DNA from: an uncultured delta proteobacterium
GTDB lineage: Bacteria > Myxococcota_A > Polyangia > Polyangiales > Polyangiaceae
Length of the DNA stretch: 64,000 bases
Direction: 5' to 3'
Assembly (NCBI GenBank): GCA_963806225.1
Contig: CAWDXG010000001.1
Coordinates: 1,888,001-1,952,000 of the forward strand
The stretch's first letter is position 1. Each line of letters begins with the position of its first letter. Shown piece after piece: positions 31,601-42,165 of this stretch. A model generated the notes under the pieces. The model had not been told where the DNA came from, did not search any database, and worked only from the letters and a program-made list of their open reading frames with translations. Both the position numbers and the translations under genes were made by a program.

Positions 31601-34600
31601 AGTCGATGGCGGAGTGGGAGAAGCTGCTCCGCGTCCGTGAAGCGCAGCTGATGCACACGCAGGATCCGGACGAACGCGTCGGCATGTACTACCGCATCGC
31701 CGAGGACGCCGAGGAACGGCTGCTGGACGCCGCGCTGGCCTTCGGTGTGTACGTCCGCGCGATCAAGGAGCGGCCGCTCGACGAGCGCACCGGCGACGAG
31801 CTCGAGCGCCTTGCCGGCATGATCGACGACGGCTGGAACCAGCTGGCGAACGCCTACGCCGACGTGTTGTCCATCGAGGGCATCGAGCAGGCGACCCAGG
31901 CGGTGATCGGCAAGCGTCTCGCGCGGGTCTTCGAGGAGGAGCTCGCGGATGTGGCGAAGGCCGAGGAGACGTATCGCTACGTCCTCACCGTCGCGGCAGA
32001 GGAGCCCGACGCGTTGGCGAACCTGGATCGCATCTACAGCTCGCTGGAACAGTGGCCGGAGCTCGCCGGCGTGCTGGAAGCGAGGGCCGCGACGGCGGAA
32101 GACGAGCGCGACAAGGTCGATCTGTTCTCGCGTCTGGGACAGGTCTACGAGGAGCATGCTTGGCCAGATCGACGATGCGATCCGGGCCTACCGCAGGATC
32201 TTCGACGAGCTCGAGCCGACGAACGAGGAAGCGATTTTCGCGCTCGGCCGGATCTACGAGCAGAAAGAGAGCTGGGAGGAGCTGAACGCGGTGTACCAGC
32301 GCGAGCTGGACAACGCCGTGGGCGACGTCCAGGAAGCGGAGATCCGCGCCAAGATGGCGCATCTGGCCGCCGAGCGGCTGGATCACGTCGAGCAGGCGGT
32401 CGAGGGGTGGAAGCGTGTGCTCGACCTGCAGGGGCGAGGACCCTGAGGCGCTGTGGGCGTTGGCCGACCTGTACCAGCGTCAGGGCCAGTGGGCCGAGCT
32501 GACCGACGTGCTGGAGCGGCATTTCGATATCGCCGACAGCGACGAGGATCGGGTCAACATCCTCACGCGGCGGGCGCGTCTGTTCTCGGAACAGCTCGGC
32601 CGCGACGACGAGGCGCTGGAGACCTGGCAGCGCGTGCTGGACATCGATTTCTCCAACATCGCGGCACTGCGCGCCACCGCGCAGATCTGGCGCACCCGCC
32701 AGGACCCGCACGAGCTGGTCAGCGCGTTGCACGCGACAATCGATCGTGCGGCGGCGCTGCTCGAGCCGGAGGAGCTGACTGGCGTCTACCGCGAGCTCGG
32801 CAAGACGTACGGCGACGTGCTGGAGCAGCCGTACGACGCCGTCGGATGCCTGGCGGCACCTGCTGGATGTCGATCCCGCGGACTTCGAGGCGATGGACGA
32901 GCTGGAGAAGCTCTACCGTGCCGAGGAGCGCTGGGTGGAGGTCATCGGCGTCAAGATGCAGCGCGCCGAGGCGCTCCAGGAGCCCGAGGAGAAGATCCGC
33001 GAGCTGCTCGAGGTCACTTCGCTCTGGAAGAAGGAAGTCAACGACTACGACCAGGCGACCGCGGCCTTCGAGAAGATTCTCACCATCGATCCCACGCACC
33101 AGGACGCGTTCGATGCGCTCGAGCGGCTGCACACTGCGGCAGAGCGCTGGGAGCCGGTCGTCGAGCTGTATCTCAACCGCCTCGACACGCGCGAAGACGT
33201 GGGCGAACGCAGCGATCTGCTCCGGCGCATCGCCAAGGTGTTCGAGGAGCAGCTCGACGACAACAACCAGGCGTTCGACGCCCTGGTGAATGCCTTCAGC
33301 GAGGACTACTCGGCGACGACGAGAGCGTCGCGCTACCTCGAGCGTATGGCGCAGGCCACGGGTCGCTGGGGCGAGCTGATCAACACGGCCAACGCCTGGT
33401 TGCAGGAGCAGACCGACAGCCGTCCGAAGATCCAGCTCTGCCTGCGTCTCGGCAAGTGGTACGGCGAGGACCTCGGCCATCCCGAGTATGCGCAGCCGTA
33501 CTACGCGCAGATCATGCAGATGGACCCGAACAACGTCCAGGTCCTGCGCCAGATGGCGGCGATCCATCGCATGGGCGCGCAGTGGCAGAAGATGGGCGAG
33601 ACGCTCACGCGCGCGCTCGACGTTGCCGTCGCCAACGAGGACCGCAAGGCGATCCTCGTCGACCTTGGCGAGCTGCTCGACAAGCACATGAGCCAGACCG
33701 ATCAGGGCATCTCGTTCTACAAGCGTGCCCTGGAGGTGGATTCACTGTTCCTGCCGGCGCTGGAAGCGCTCGAGCGGATCTACGACGAGCGCAGCAACCA
33801 CAGCGAGCTGGTGGAGATCCTGGGCTCGAAGGTGCAGGCGCTGACCGACGGCGAGCAGATCGCGCCAGCACAAGCTGCGCATGGGTGGCCTGTACGAGAC
33901 GGCGATCGGCGACTTCGAGCGTGCCGGCAAGGTGTACCGCGAGGTTCTCGACATCGACGGCGGCAACCTGTTCGCGCTGCGCGGCCTCGAGCGGATCGAC
34001 GAGGCCCTGCAGGACTGGCCGGATCTGGTGGAGGTTCTCGAGCGGCAGCTGGATGTGGTCGAGACCGAGCGCGAGCGCGTGGACGTGCTGCTCAAGCTGG
34101 CGCACATCCAGGAGGAGCAGTTCCTCAAGCCGGATGTGGCGGCGCAGCGGCTCGAGCAGGCGCTGGAGATCGATCCCACCTCGGAGCAGGCGTACGTGGC
34201 GCTGGAGCGCTGCTACCGCCGCCTCAAGCAGTGGCTCGACCTCATCAACACCTACGAGCGGCACATCAGCGAAGCCGCCGACTATGCAGCGAAGATCGAG
34301 CTGTACGGCCAGATCGCACAGGTGTCTACAGCGACGAGGTCGGAGACATCGACCGCGCCATCGATGCCTACCAGAACATCGTCGATCTGGACGAAGCGAA
34401 CATCCCGGCGCTCTGGAAGCACTCAGCAAGCTCTTCGAAAAGCAGGGCGATGCGTCGCGCGCCATCGATGCGATGACCCGCGTCGCCGATCTGACGACGG
34501 ACGGCACCCAGCGCGTCGAGATGTACTACCGCATCGGCAAGTCGCTGGAGGAGAAGCTCGGCGATCGCATGCAGGCGCAGGAGCGCTTCGAGATGGCGCT

Positions 34601-37020
34601 CGATCTGGATCCTGCGCATCTGCCGTCGCTCGCGGCGCTCAGGACCATCGCCATCGACGAGGCGGACTGGGATCGCGCTGCGCGCTACCTGGAGCAGGAG
34701 CAGATGAACACCCAGGCGCCGCGCGCCCGCGCGAAGCTGCTGGTCGAGCTCGGCAAGCTGCGCGACGAGATGCTCAGCGAGCACGAGCTGGCCGTGCAGG
34801 CCTACGAGCTCGCGATGCAGTGCGACGAGGACTGCGAGGAAGCGGCGCTACCGCTCGTGGAGGAGTACATCCGCGACCGAACGCTGGCCCGAGGCGGAGC
34901 CGCTCGCGGAGATGCTCGTCAAGAAGAGCAAGAACCGCGAGCGCCACGAGCAGCACACGCTGTACAAGCTGCAGGGCAAGGTGCTGGCGGCGCTGGGCAA
35001 GGACGACAAGGCCCTCAAGGCCTACCAGACTGCGCATCAGCTCGATCTGACGGATCAGGAGACCATCCGCGGCATCGCCGACGTCGCCTTCCGTCTCAAG
35101 GACTGGCCGAGCGCGCTGACGAATTACCAGAAGGTGCTCACCGCGCTCGGCGAGGAGGACGTCGAGGAGCGCACCGACGTCTACTACCGGCTCGGCTGCA
35201 TCAAGCGCGAGCAGGGCCAGGCCAAGCAGGCCATCAACAACTTCGAGAAGGCGCTGGCGCTGAACAGCGAGCACCGTCCCACGCTCGATGCTCTGGTCGG
35301 ACATCTACACGCAGGCCAACGACTGGAAGCAGGTCGCCGCGTACAAGCGGCAGATCCTCGACAGCGTGTTCGAGGGCGAGGAGCGCTACCAGATCCTCAA
35401 TGAAATCGGGGACATCTGGAGCGAGAAGGAGAAGAACGCCGCAACAAGGCGATCGAGGCACTCGAGGAGGCCCTCGAGCTCAAGCCCGAGGACCACATCC
35501 TGCTTCACAAGCTACTGCAGCTCTACCAGTCGGCCGGCGACTGGCAGAAGATGGTCGATACGCTGCAGGCAATCGCCGACATCGAAGAGAAGCCGGAGTT
35601 CAAGGCCCGCTACTTCTTCACGATGGCGCAGGTCTATCCGCGACAAGATCGAGGACATGGACCGGGCGGTCGAGCTGTTCAACGAGGCGCTGGATCTCAA
35701 CCCGAGCTACCTGGAGGCGTTCGAGCGCATCAACAAGATCCTGACCCAGGAGAAGAACTGGAAGCAGCTCGAGCGTTCCTACCGGAAGATGCTCCACCGC
35801 ATCGCCGGCAAGGGGAACAACGACCTCGAGCACACGCTGTGGCACCAGCTCGGTCTGGTCTATCGCGACCGCCTCGGTCAGACGGACGAGGCGATCGAGG
35901 CGTTCAAGATGGCCGCGACCGCCAAGCCGGGCGCGCTACTGGAACACCAGATCCTGGCGGAGCTGTACGAAAACACCGAGCGCTACGACGAGGCGATCAC
36001 CGAACAGCGCTCGATCCTCGGGCACGACTCGCTGCACGTCGATCCGTACCGGGCCCTGTATCGTCTGTATCTGCAGAAGCACGCCTACGACGAGGCGTGG
36101 CTGGCTGGCGGCGGCCATGGCGTTCATGAAGAAGACCGACGAGGAGGAGCAGCGCTTCTTCGAGGACTACCGGCCGCAGGGGATGCTGCAGGTGAAGGGC
36201 CGGCTCTCCAACGACCTGTGGACCCGGCACCTGTTCCACCCGGACGAGAACCTCTACATCTCGAAGATCTTCGAGATGATCGCTCCGGCCGCGCTGCAGG
36301 CGAAGATCGCGCAGCTCAAGGCACAGAACAAGCTGCCGGTGCTCGACAAGCGGTTCAAGCAGGATCCGGCCAACTCGACTGTGACCTTTGCCAAGACCTT
36401 CGGCTGGGCCGCCCAGGTGCTGGGAGTTCCGTCGCCGGAGCTGTACGTCCGCAACGACGTGCCGGGTTCGGTGGTCGCGGTGCCGGCAGTCCCGCCGGCT
36501 TCCGTTGCAGGACAGACCGTTCTGACCGGGTTCCAGCCGCAGGAGCTGACGTTCATCTGCGGCAAGCACCTGGCGCAGTACCGGGGCGAGCACTACATCC
36601 GCACGCTGTTCCCCACGCAGGCAGAGCTGACCATCATGCTGTTCGCGGGCGTGATGATCGCGGCGCCCAACACGCCGATGCCGCAGGACACGGCCAAGCA
36701 GATCCGGGCGACGGCGCAGGAGCTTGCCAAGTACATGCAGCCGGTGCAGATGGAAGGCCTGCGTATGGTGGTCAAGCGCTTCATCGAAGAAGGAGCGAAG
36801 GCCAACATCAAGCGCTGGAACCAGGCGGTCGGAGCTAACGGCCTGTCGCGCCGGCCTGCTGGTCTCCGCAGACCTCGAGATCGCCAAGAAGATCATCAGT
36901 GCGGAGCCGCAGCTCCCGGGCGATCTGTCGGCCGCCGACAAGATGAAGGAGCTGCTCGTGTTCAGCGTCAGCGAGGACTACGCGCAGCTACGCAAGGCGC
37001 TCGGCATCGCCATCGGCTAG
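25655..37020 (+). CDS. gltI: Giant cytoplasmic TPR protein, GltI/AgmK-like (~3,800 codons, on the order of 20 frameshifts)
   Basis: Continuous TPR repeats (AYRxVLxxDP, ALxALDRLY, WxELxxVL) across successive ORF fragments with no internal intergenic gaps. C-terminus ACRAGLLV..ELLVFSVSEDYAQLRKALGI resembles AgmK. Confidence 0.8.
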
Positions 37021-37103
37021 CGGCGCGTGCGCCACGCGGCGCGAGCGCACCACGCGCCCCGGCGGAGCACTCCGGCGGGGATGGGCGAGTGGGATGCGAG
37101 CGT

Positions 37104-37973
37104 CTACTTGCCCGGCAGATCGACAATCAGCCTGAGCCCGACGTTGAACGACAGATGCGCGCTCGCGTTGCCCGAGGTCTGCGAAGGTCGGCTGAGGTAG
37201 TGACCGGCGTCGAGCTCCATGTAGGGGCCGAAGCCGAAGTTGCTGAAGGCGTACCAGTCACCGCCGACGCGCAGCCGTAGCCATTCGAGCCCCGAATACG
37301 ACAGATCGCCGCCCGGGGCGCCGGCGATCTTCGTGCTGCGGAAGCCGAGGCCGGCGCTCATCCACGGGTCGAAACGCGTGCCCTGCACCAGGTGGTAGCG
37401 GACGAACGGGCCCGCCGCGAAGCTGGTGGTCTTGCACCCGCTGCACGAGCTGCCCGCTCCTAGCGACAGCGCCTGGCCCCAGGCGCCGATGACGACGCTG
37501 CGGCTGACGCCGTAGCCGAGCTCGGCTCCGAAGCCCCAGCCCACGCCCATCAGATGCGAGGCGGCGGCATTCTGCTGCAGCTCGCCGAAGGGGACGGCCA
37601 GCCCGGCCGACCCGGCCACGCTGAAGTGCCCGCCTAGCGTGTCGACCGCAGGCGGAATCAGCGCCGGGGCGGTACCGACATCCGGCGTGTCGTCGTCATC
37701 ATCGTCGTTGTCCGCTGTGTCTTCCGCCGCGGTTTCTTTGCCTTGTTCTGCGGCGGGCGCGGTCGCGTTGTCGCTGGACGCCTCGCCCTGCTCGGTGTCG
37801 GTGCCCGTCTCGCCGTGGTCGGTGTCGTTGCCCGTCTCGCCCTGCTCGGTGTCGGGAGCGCTGTTGTTGCCCGGGGCGGCGGCGGAGGTCGGGGGCGGCG
37901 GCGCAGGCTGGGCGGCAGCCGGAAGCGACGCAAGCACCGCCGAAGCGGCAAGCAGGGTGGCCTGGAAACGCAT
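37104..37973 (-). CDS. Secreted protein with acidic repeat linker and probable outer-membrane beta-barrel
   Basis: Start ATG 37973 (MRFQATLL..AAA-Q). Acidic linker, then barrel strands FDPWMSAGLGF, GGDWYAFSNFGFGPY, NVGLRLIVDL. Confidence 0.75.
   Translation of the reverse strand: MRFQATLLAASAVLASLPAAAQPAPPPPTSAAAPGNNSAPDTEQGETGNDTDHGETGTDTEQGEASSDNATAPAAEQGKETAAEDTADNDDDDDDTPDVGTAPALIPPAVDTLGGHFSVAGSAGLAVPFGELQQNAAASHLMGVGWGFGAELGYGVSRSVVIGAWGQALSLGAGSSCSGCKTTSFAAGPFVRYHLVQGTRFDPWMSAGLGFRSTKIAGAPGGDLSYSGLEWLRLRVGGDWYAFSNFGFGPYMELDAGHYLSRPSQTSGNASAHLSFNVGLRLIVDLPGK
37782..37854 (-). repeat. 27-bp imperfect tandem repeat, about 3 copies, coding DTEQGETGN-like units
   Basis: ctcgccctgctcggtgtcg-gtgcccgt units. 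Confidence 0.8.
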
Positions 37974-38108
37974 GCGCGCCTTGTTAGCACTGGCCGCCCG
38001 CGCCGGGGAGCCCCCTGGTCCCGACAGTGACCGGCCGTGCGCCCGGATCCGCGTTGGAGCGGGCGAAGCGCGCAACCGCAGGCTGCGCTGGTCGATGGAG
38101 CATGGGCG

Positions 38109-39452
38109 ATGACACGGACGTTGGATCGGGGTGATGTGGACGTTCTGGACAACCTGGGCCCGGGTGCGCCGACACCGCCGCCGGAGGAGCAGACACTCGA
38201 GCTCCGCTGGCAGCCTGCGCGCGGCCCCTGGGCGCTCGAGATCGGAACACCCGAGGACACGCGCTCCGTGCCGCTGGTCGTCGGCGAACGACTCACTCTG
38301 GGCAGCGGGCGCGCGGCGGGAGTGCGGATACGGGATCGAGCGGTGAGCGCGCGCCACTGCGTGGTGCACGCCACGGAGCGCGGAATCGTGGTCGAGGATC
38401 TCGATTCCAGGAACGGGCTGTTTGTCGGAGCCGCGCGGGTGGGCTCCGCCGTGCTTGCGGGCGAGGGCAGCCACTTCGTGATCGGACAGACCAGCGTTGC
38501 GGTCCGCCAGGCTGAACCGGACGTCCCGCGTCGCGTCGGCGGCGCGCTACCCGGCGTGGTCGGCAGCTCGCAGGTCATGCTGCGTGTCGCAGAGGAGGTC
38601 CGTCGTTTCGCCCGCACGCCAGCCGCCGTACTGGTGCAGGGCGAGTCCGGTACCGGCAAGGACCTGGTGGCGCGCGCGCTGCACACGCTCGGGCGTCGCA
38701 GCGGCGCCTACGTGCCGCTCAACGTCGGCGCCATCGCGGAGTCGCTGGCGGACGCCGAGCTGTTCGGTCACCGGAGGGGCGCCTTCACCGGCGCGGTCGC
38801 TGCGCGGAGTGGAGCGTTCGAGCAGGCGCACCGCGGCACCCTGTTTCTGGACGAGGTGGCGGAGCTCTCGCCGGCTATCCAGGTCAAGCTGCTCAGGGTC
38901 GTGGAGGACAAGTCGGTGCGCCCCCTGGGCGCTACGAAGCCGGTGCAGGTCGACACGCGCATCGTGTCGGCCAGCTGGGAGTCGCTCGCGGATTGCGTGG
39001 AGGCCGGGCGCTTCCGCCTTGACCTGTACCAGCGGCTGGCGACCCTGGTCGTCCGGCTGCCCCCGCTCAGGCAGCGCAAGAGCGATATCCCTGCTCTCTC
39101 CGAGGCCCTGCTCTCGCGCTACCGCGACGAGGTCGGGCCGCGGCGGCTGTCGAGCGCCGCGCTGGCGAAGCTCGTCTCCTCGAACTGGCCGGGCAATGTG
39201 CGCGAGCTCGGCAGCGTGCTCTACCGGGCGGCCGTGGTCGCCGACGGGGAGCACATCGAAGCGCGGCACGTGGACGGTGCCATGCCCGAGCAGCGATCGG
39301 CGCACGCGGTCCAGATGACGCCGGGGGAGGCGCTCGAGTTGCTCGAGCGGCACAAGGGCAATGTCAGCGCGGCTGCACGCGCCGCGCGCGTGGCCCGAAG
39401 CACGTTCCGCGCGTGGGTGGAACGGGAGCGACGCAGGCGGTTGTCGGACTGA
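38109..39452 (+). CDS. FHA-domain sigma54-dependent transcriptional activator
   Basis: FHA (VSARHC..DLDSRNG), Walker A GESGTGKD, GAFTGA, LFLDEV, WPGNVREL and a C-terminal Fis-type HTH (GNVSAAARA). Confidence 0.93.
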   Translation: MTRTLDRGDVDVLDNLGPGAPTPPPEEQTLELRWQPARGPWALEIGTPEDTRSVPLVVGERLTLGSGRAAGVRIRDRAVSARHCVVHATERGIVVEDLDSRNGLFVGAARVGSAVLAGEGSHFVIGQTSVAVRQAEPDVPRRVGGALPGVVGSSQVMLRVAEEVRRFARTPAAVLVQGESGTGKDLVARALHTLGRRSGAYVPLNVGAIAESLADAELFGHRRGAFTGAVAARSGAFEQAHRGTLFLDEVAELSPAIQVKLLRVVEDKSVRPLGATKPVQVDTRIVSASWESLADCVEAGRFRLDLYQRLATLVVRLPPLRQRKSDIPALSEALLSRYRDEVGPRRLSSAALAKLVSSNWPGNVRELGSVLYRAAVVADGEHIEARHVDGAMPEQRSAHAVQMTPGEALELLERHKGNVSAAARAARVARSTFRAWVERERRRRLSD

Positions 39453-39524
39453 CGCGCGCCGAGGCTTCGCTGGTGCGTGCGTGCGCCCGGCGCTCCGGAT
39501 CCGCAACGCTCCGGGCGACCGCGA

Positions 39525-40736
39525 TCAGAACGTGCCGACCACGCCCAGCCCGCCGACGGAGGGGGCCACGATCGGCACGAATGCGGCGCGCACGCCGCCG
39601 GCCGATGCGCCTTCCTGCGCGGGCTTCTTCTTGCTGTCGACGAAGTAGTAGACGACGGTGCCGCCCGCCGCGACGCCCGCCAGGACGAAGCCCACGACCG
39701 AGAGGGTCTTGTCCGTGTCGCCCGTGTTGACGTTGTCCTGGTACTGCTGGCAGGCCCCTGCGTACTTCTGTCCCGGGGCTGCGTAGGCGGCGTTGTTGCA
39801 GAGGCCGGCCGTCGGAATGCCGTCCGCGCTCGCGTGCGCCTTGATCTGGTTGGCAACGTCGTCGGCGGAGCCGTACGCGCTATGCGACGCGACCGCGAAG
39901 CCGATGCCTGCTCCGAGACCCACGAGCGTGATGCCGCCGCCGACCCAGGCCAGCTTGTTGTGCGCGGCCCAGTCGAGGAACGGTTGGCGCTCCCCGCCCG
40001 TGTCCATCTTGAACCCGCCTCCGGCCTGACCCGGACCGCCTGGAGGAGGCGCCCCGGTCGCTGGCCCTGTCGGTCCTGCAGGTGGCCCACCGCCCATTGG
40101 CGGCGCTGCGCCCGCGGGGGGCGGCGCCGCTCCGGCCCCGGACATCGTGGTTGGGGGCGCGCCAATCGTGATGTTGACGGTGTTGGTCACTCCGGCGGCG
40201 GCGTTGACGTTCACTGTCCCCGCCTTGCCGTTCTTGCGCGCTTCGAGCGTGTGGTTGCCTGGCTTGAGATAGATGGGACCGGCGAGCGGCGCTTTGCCCT
40301 GGGACGTGTTGTCGATGAAAACCTCGGCGCCGGACTGGCTCACCCGCAGGTTGATCTCGGCGACCTTGCTCTTGGCCGCGTCCAGGCCCTTCTGGGCGTC
40401 CGCCTTCTCCGCCGGGGACGACTCCTTCGCGTCGCGCAGGAACTTGGAGAAGTGCTTGGCTGCGTCCGCTTCGTGTCCAGAGTGCAGCTCGCTCTGCGCG
40501 AGGTTCAGGAGCACGGCGGGATGTTTCTTCAGGGCGTAGGCCTGCAGGAACGCGGCGCGTGCGTCGTCGTATTTCTTCTGGTCGTAGTACTTGACGCCCT
40601 CCTGGAAGCGTTCGCGTGCCATCTTGAGCACGGCGTCGTCCTGCGCGAAGGCCGTCGAGGGGAGCAACGGCACGGAGGCCAGACCGACGAAAGATGCGGA
40701 GAGAAGGAGGGCAAGGGAGCGGGCGCGGAGTTTCAT
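39525..40736 (-). CDS. TPR + PEGA domain secreted or outer-membrane protein
   Basis: Signal peptide, TPR (ARERFQEGVKYY..LLNLAQSE), PEGA (GAEVFID..GKAPL..PGNHTLEA), hydrophobic hairpin and terminal GLGVVGTF. Confidence 0.85.
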   Translation of the reverse strand: MKLRARSLALLLSASFVGLASVPLLPSTAFAQDDAVLKMARERFQEGVKYYDQKKYDDARAAFLQAYALKKHPAVLLNLAQSELHSGHEADAAKHFSKFLRDAKESSPAEKADAQKGLDAAKSKVAEINLRVSQSGAEVFIDNTSQGKAPLAGPIYLKPGNHTLEARKNGKAGTVNVNAAAGVTNTVNITIGAPPTTMSGAGAAPPPAGAAPPMGGGPPAGPTGPATGAPPPGGPGQAGGGFKMDTGGERQPFLDWAAHNKLAWVGGGITLVGLGAGIGFAVASHSAYGSADDVANQIKAHASADGIPTAGLCNNAAYAAPGQKYAGACQQYQDNVNTGDTDKTLSVVGFVLAGVAAGGTVVYYFVDSKKKPAQEGASAGGVRAAFVPIVAPSVGGLGVVGTF

Positions 40737-40794
40737 TGAAGCCTCGTCGAGACGCTGCGAGCGGGACGGAGCGTCCCGTGCATCGCAGCTCAGC

Positions 40795-41982
40795 TTAGAA
40801 CGGGGTTTTCCGGACTATAGATCCGGAGCCGGACTTCGGGGCAGCCTTGTGCGTCGAGGCCTTGTGCGGGGCCGCGTGCGTCGTTCGCTTCTTGGCCGGG
40901 GCGTGCGTCGCCGCCGGCCGCGCGGCGTGGTGCACAGGCGGGGCAGGCTTCGCGGTCGGGGCGGGTTCCGCGGTTTTTTCCGGCTCGGTGGTGGCCGCGG
41001 GCTCGGTGGTGGCCGCGGGCTCGGTGGTGGCCGCGGGCTCGGTGGTGGCCGCGGGCTCGGTGGTGGCCGCGGGCTCTTCGGGCTCGGTCGCCTGCGGCTT
41101 CGCGGTCGTGGCCGGCACCGACTCGCTGCGCCCAGCGCTGTCGTCGCTCTTTCCGGAGCCGATAGCCGCCTTTACCCCGACTGCCAGGAGAATCGCGGCG
41201 GCGATCCCCATGATTGCCATCACCACCTTCCGGTTCTTCTCCGGCGGTCGGTGGACGGGCTCGTCGGCGGCCAGGAGCACATCGGCCGTCGGCGCCGCGA
41301 GGGTGGGCTCCAGTTTGACGGGTTGCCCGGCCCCTGCGGCTTCCTTTTCTTCGGCGGGTTCTTTTTCCTCGGCGGGTTCTTTTTCCTCGGCGGGCTTTCC
41401 CGTGTCGGCAGTGGCCTCGGCTTGCCCGGTGTCCACGTCGACGTCGATGCCGTCGTCGCCAACCTTCTCGTCCGCGCTGGTCTTGTCGACCTCTGCCTTG
41501 CTGGCGGCGGCTTCCGGCTCCTGTTTCCCGGAGGCTGTCGGTGGCGGAGCGATGCCCATCACGGTCTTCTTGCCCGCGGGCGCGTCGGCTTTCGTCGCCG
41601 TCGCTTCGCCGGCCGGTTCCGGGGGCGGCGCCATGCCCATCATGGTCTTCTTGCCAAGGCGAGCGTCGGCTTTTTCCCCGGCAGCCTTGTCCGGAGCTGG
41701 TTCCGGTTTCTTCTCCGCCGCCGGGGGCGACGCCTCGGGCGTAGGTGCTTTTACGGCACCCATCCCGATCATGGTCTTCTTCCGGTCGGGCTTCTTGGGG
41801 GGGGTCGGTGCCGGTGGCGCTGCCGCGGCTTCCTCGGGCTCGGCGGCTTCCTCCGGTTCCTGTTCCCAGAGCGGCGTGAACTGGTCGGCGAGACGCTCAG
41901 CCTCGTCGGCCGTCACGCCGTCCGGAGTCTTCTTGCCTTGCGCAGCGCTACTTCCAGGCTGCTGATCCGGACGGTCGACCAT
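40795..41982 (-). CDS. Low-complexity single-TM protein with repeated KKTxxG motifs
   Basis: Pro/Ala/Glu/Lys-rich, one TM (VVMAIMGIAAAILLAVGV), tandem repeats and C-terminal IVRKTPF. Confidence 0.75.
   Translation of the reverse strand: MVDRPDQQPGSSAAQGKKTPDGVTADEAERLADQFTPLWEQEPEEAAEPEEAAAAPPAPTPPKKPDRKKTMIGMGAVKAPTPEASPPAAEKKPEPAPDKAAGEKADARLGKKTMMGMAPPPEPAGEATATKADAPAGKKTVMGIAPPPTASGKQEPEAAASKAEVDKTSADEKVGDDGIDVDVDTGQAEATADTGKPAEEKEPAEEKEPAEEKEAAGAGQPVKLEPTLAAPTADVLLAADEPVHRPPEKNRKVVMAIMGIAAAILLAVGVKAAIGSGKSDDSAGRSESVPATTAKPQATEPEEPAATTEPAATTEPAATTEPAATTEPAATTEPEKTAEPAPTAKPAPPVHHAARPAATHAPAKKRTTHAAPHKASTHKAAPKSGSGSIVRKTPF
40982..41076 (-). repeat. Perfect 18-bp tandem repeat x5 (coding EPAATT)
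   Basis: Five exact copies of ggctcggtggtggccgcg plus a partial copy. Confidence 0.95.
41341..41394 (-). repeat. 18-bp tandem repeat x3 (coding PAEEKE)
   Basis: ttctttttcctcggcggg units. Confidence 0.85.
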
Positions 41983-42165
41983 GGGAACTCCCTAATCTTG
42001 AAGCGGAAATAGGCTAGCACCCGCTACAGCATCAGTGCAATGCGGCGGGCTACGAAGGTGGTGGCGTGCCGGAAACTGGTCGCGGGCGGCTCCGGGTGCT
42101 TGATTTCCCGGGTTCGGGCGGAAATGACGGTAGGACGGGCCAGTTCGAGAGCGCGCTGCAAAGGC

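Noticed and set aside
28168..32157. 1329-aa minus-strand ORF and many other long antisense or alternate-frame ORFs
   Set aside because: They mirror real genes. High-GC codon bias depletes stop codons in the antisense frame, and the translations have no recognisable motifs.
38109..39452. Sigma54 -24/-12 promoters as targets of the FHA activator
   Set aside because: The TGGCAC/TGGCAT hits I found (e.g. 10680, 54782, 59948) lack a properly spaced TTGC or lie inside CDSs.
40982..41076. Direct repeats as a CRISPR array
   Set aside because: There are no spacers, the repeats are in-frame coding, and no cas genes are present.
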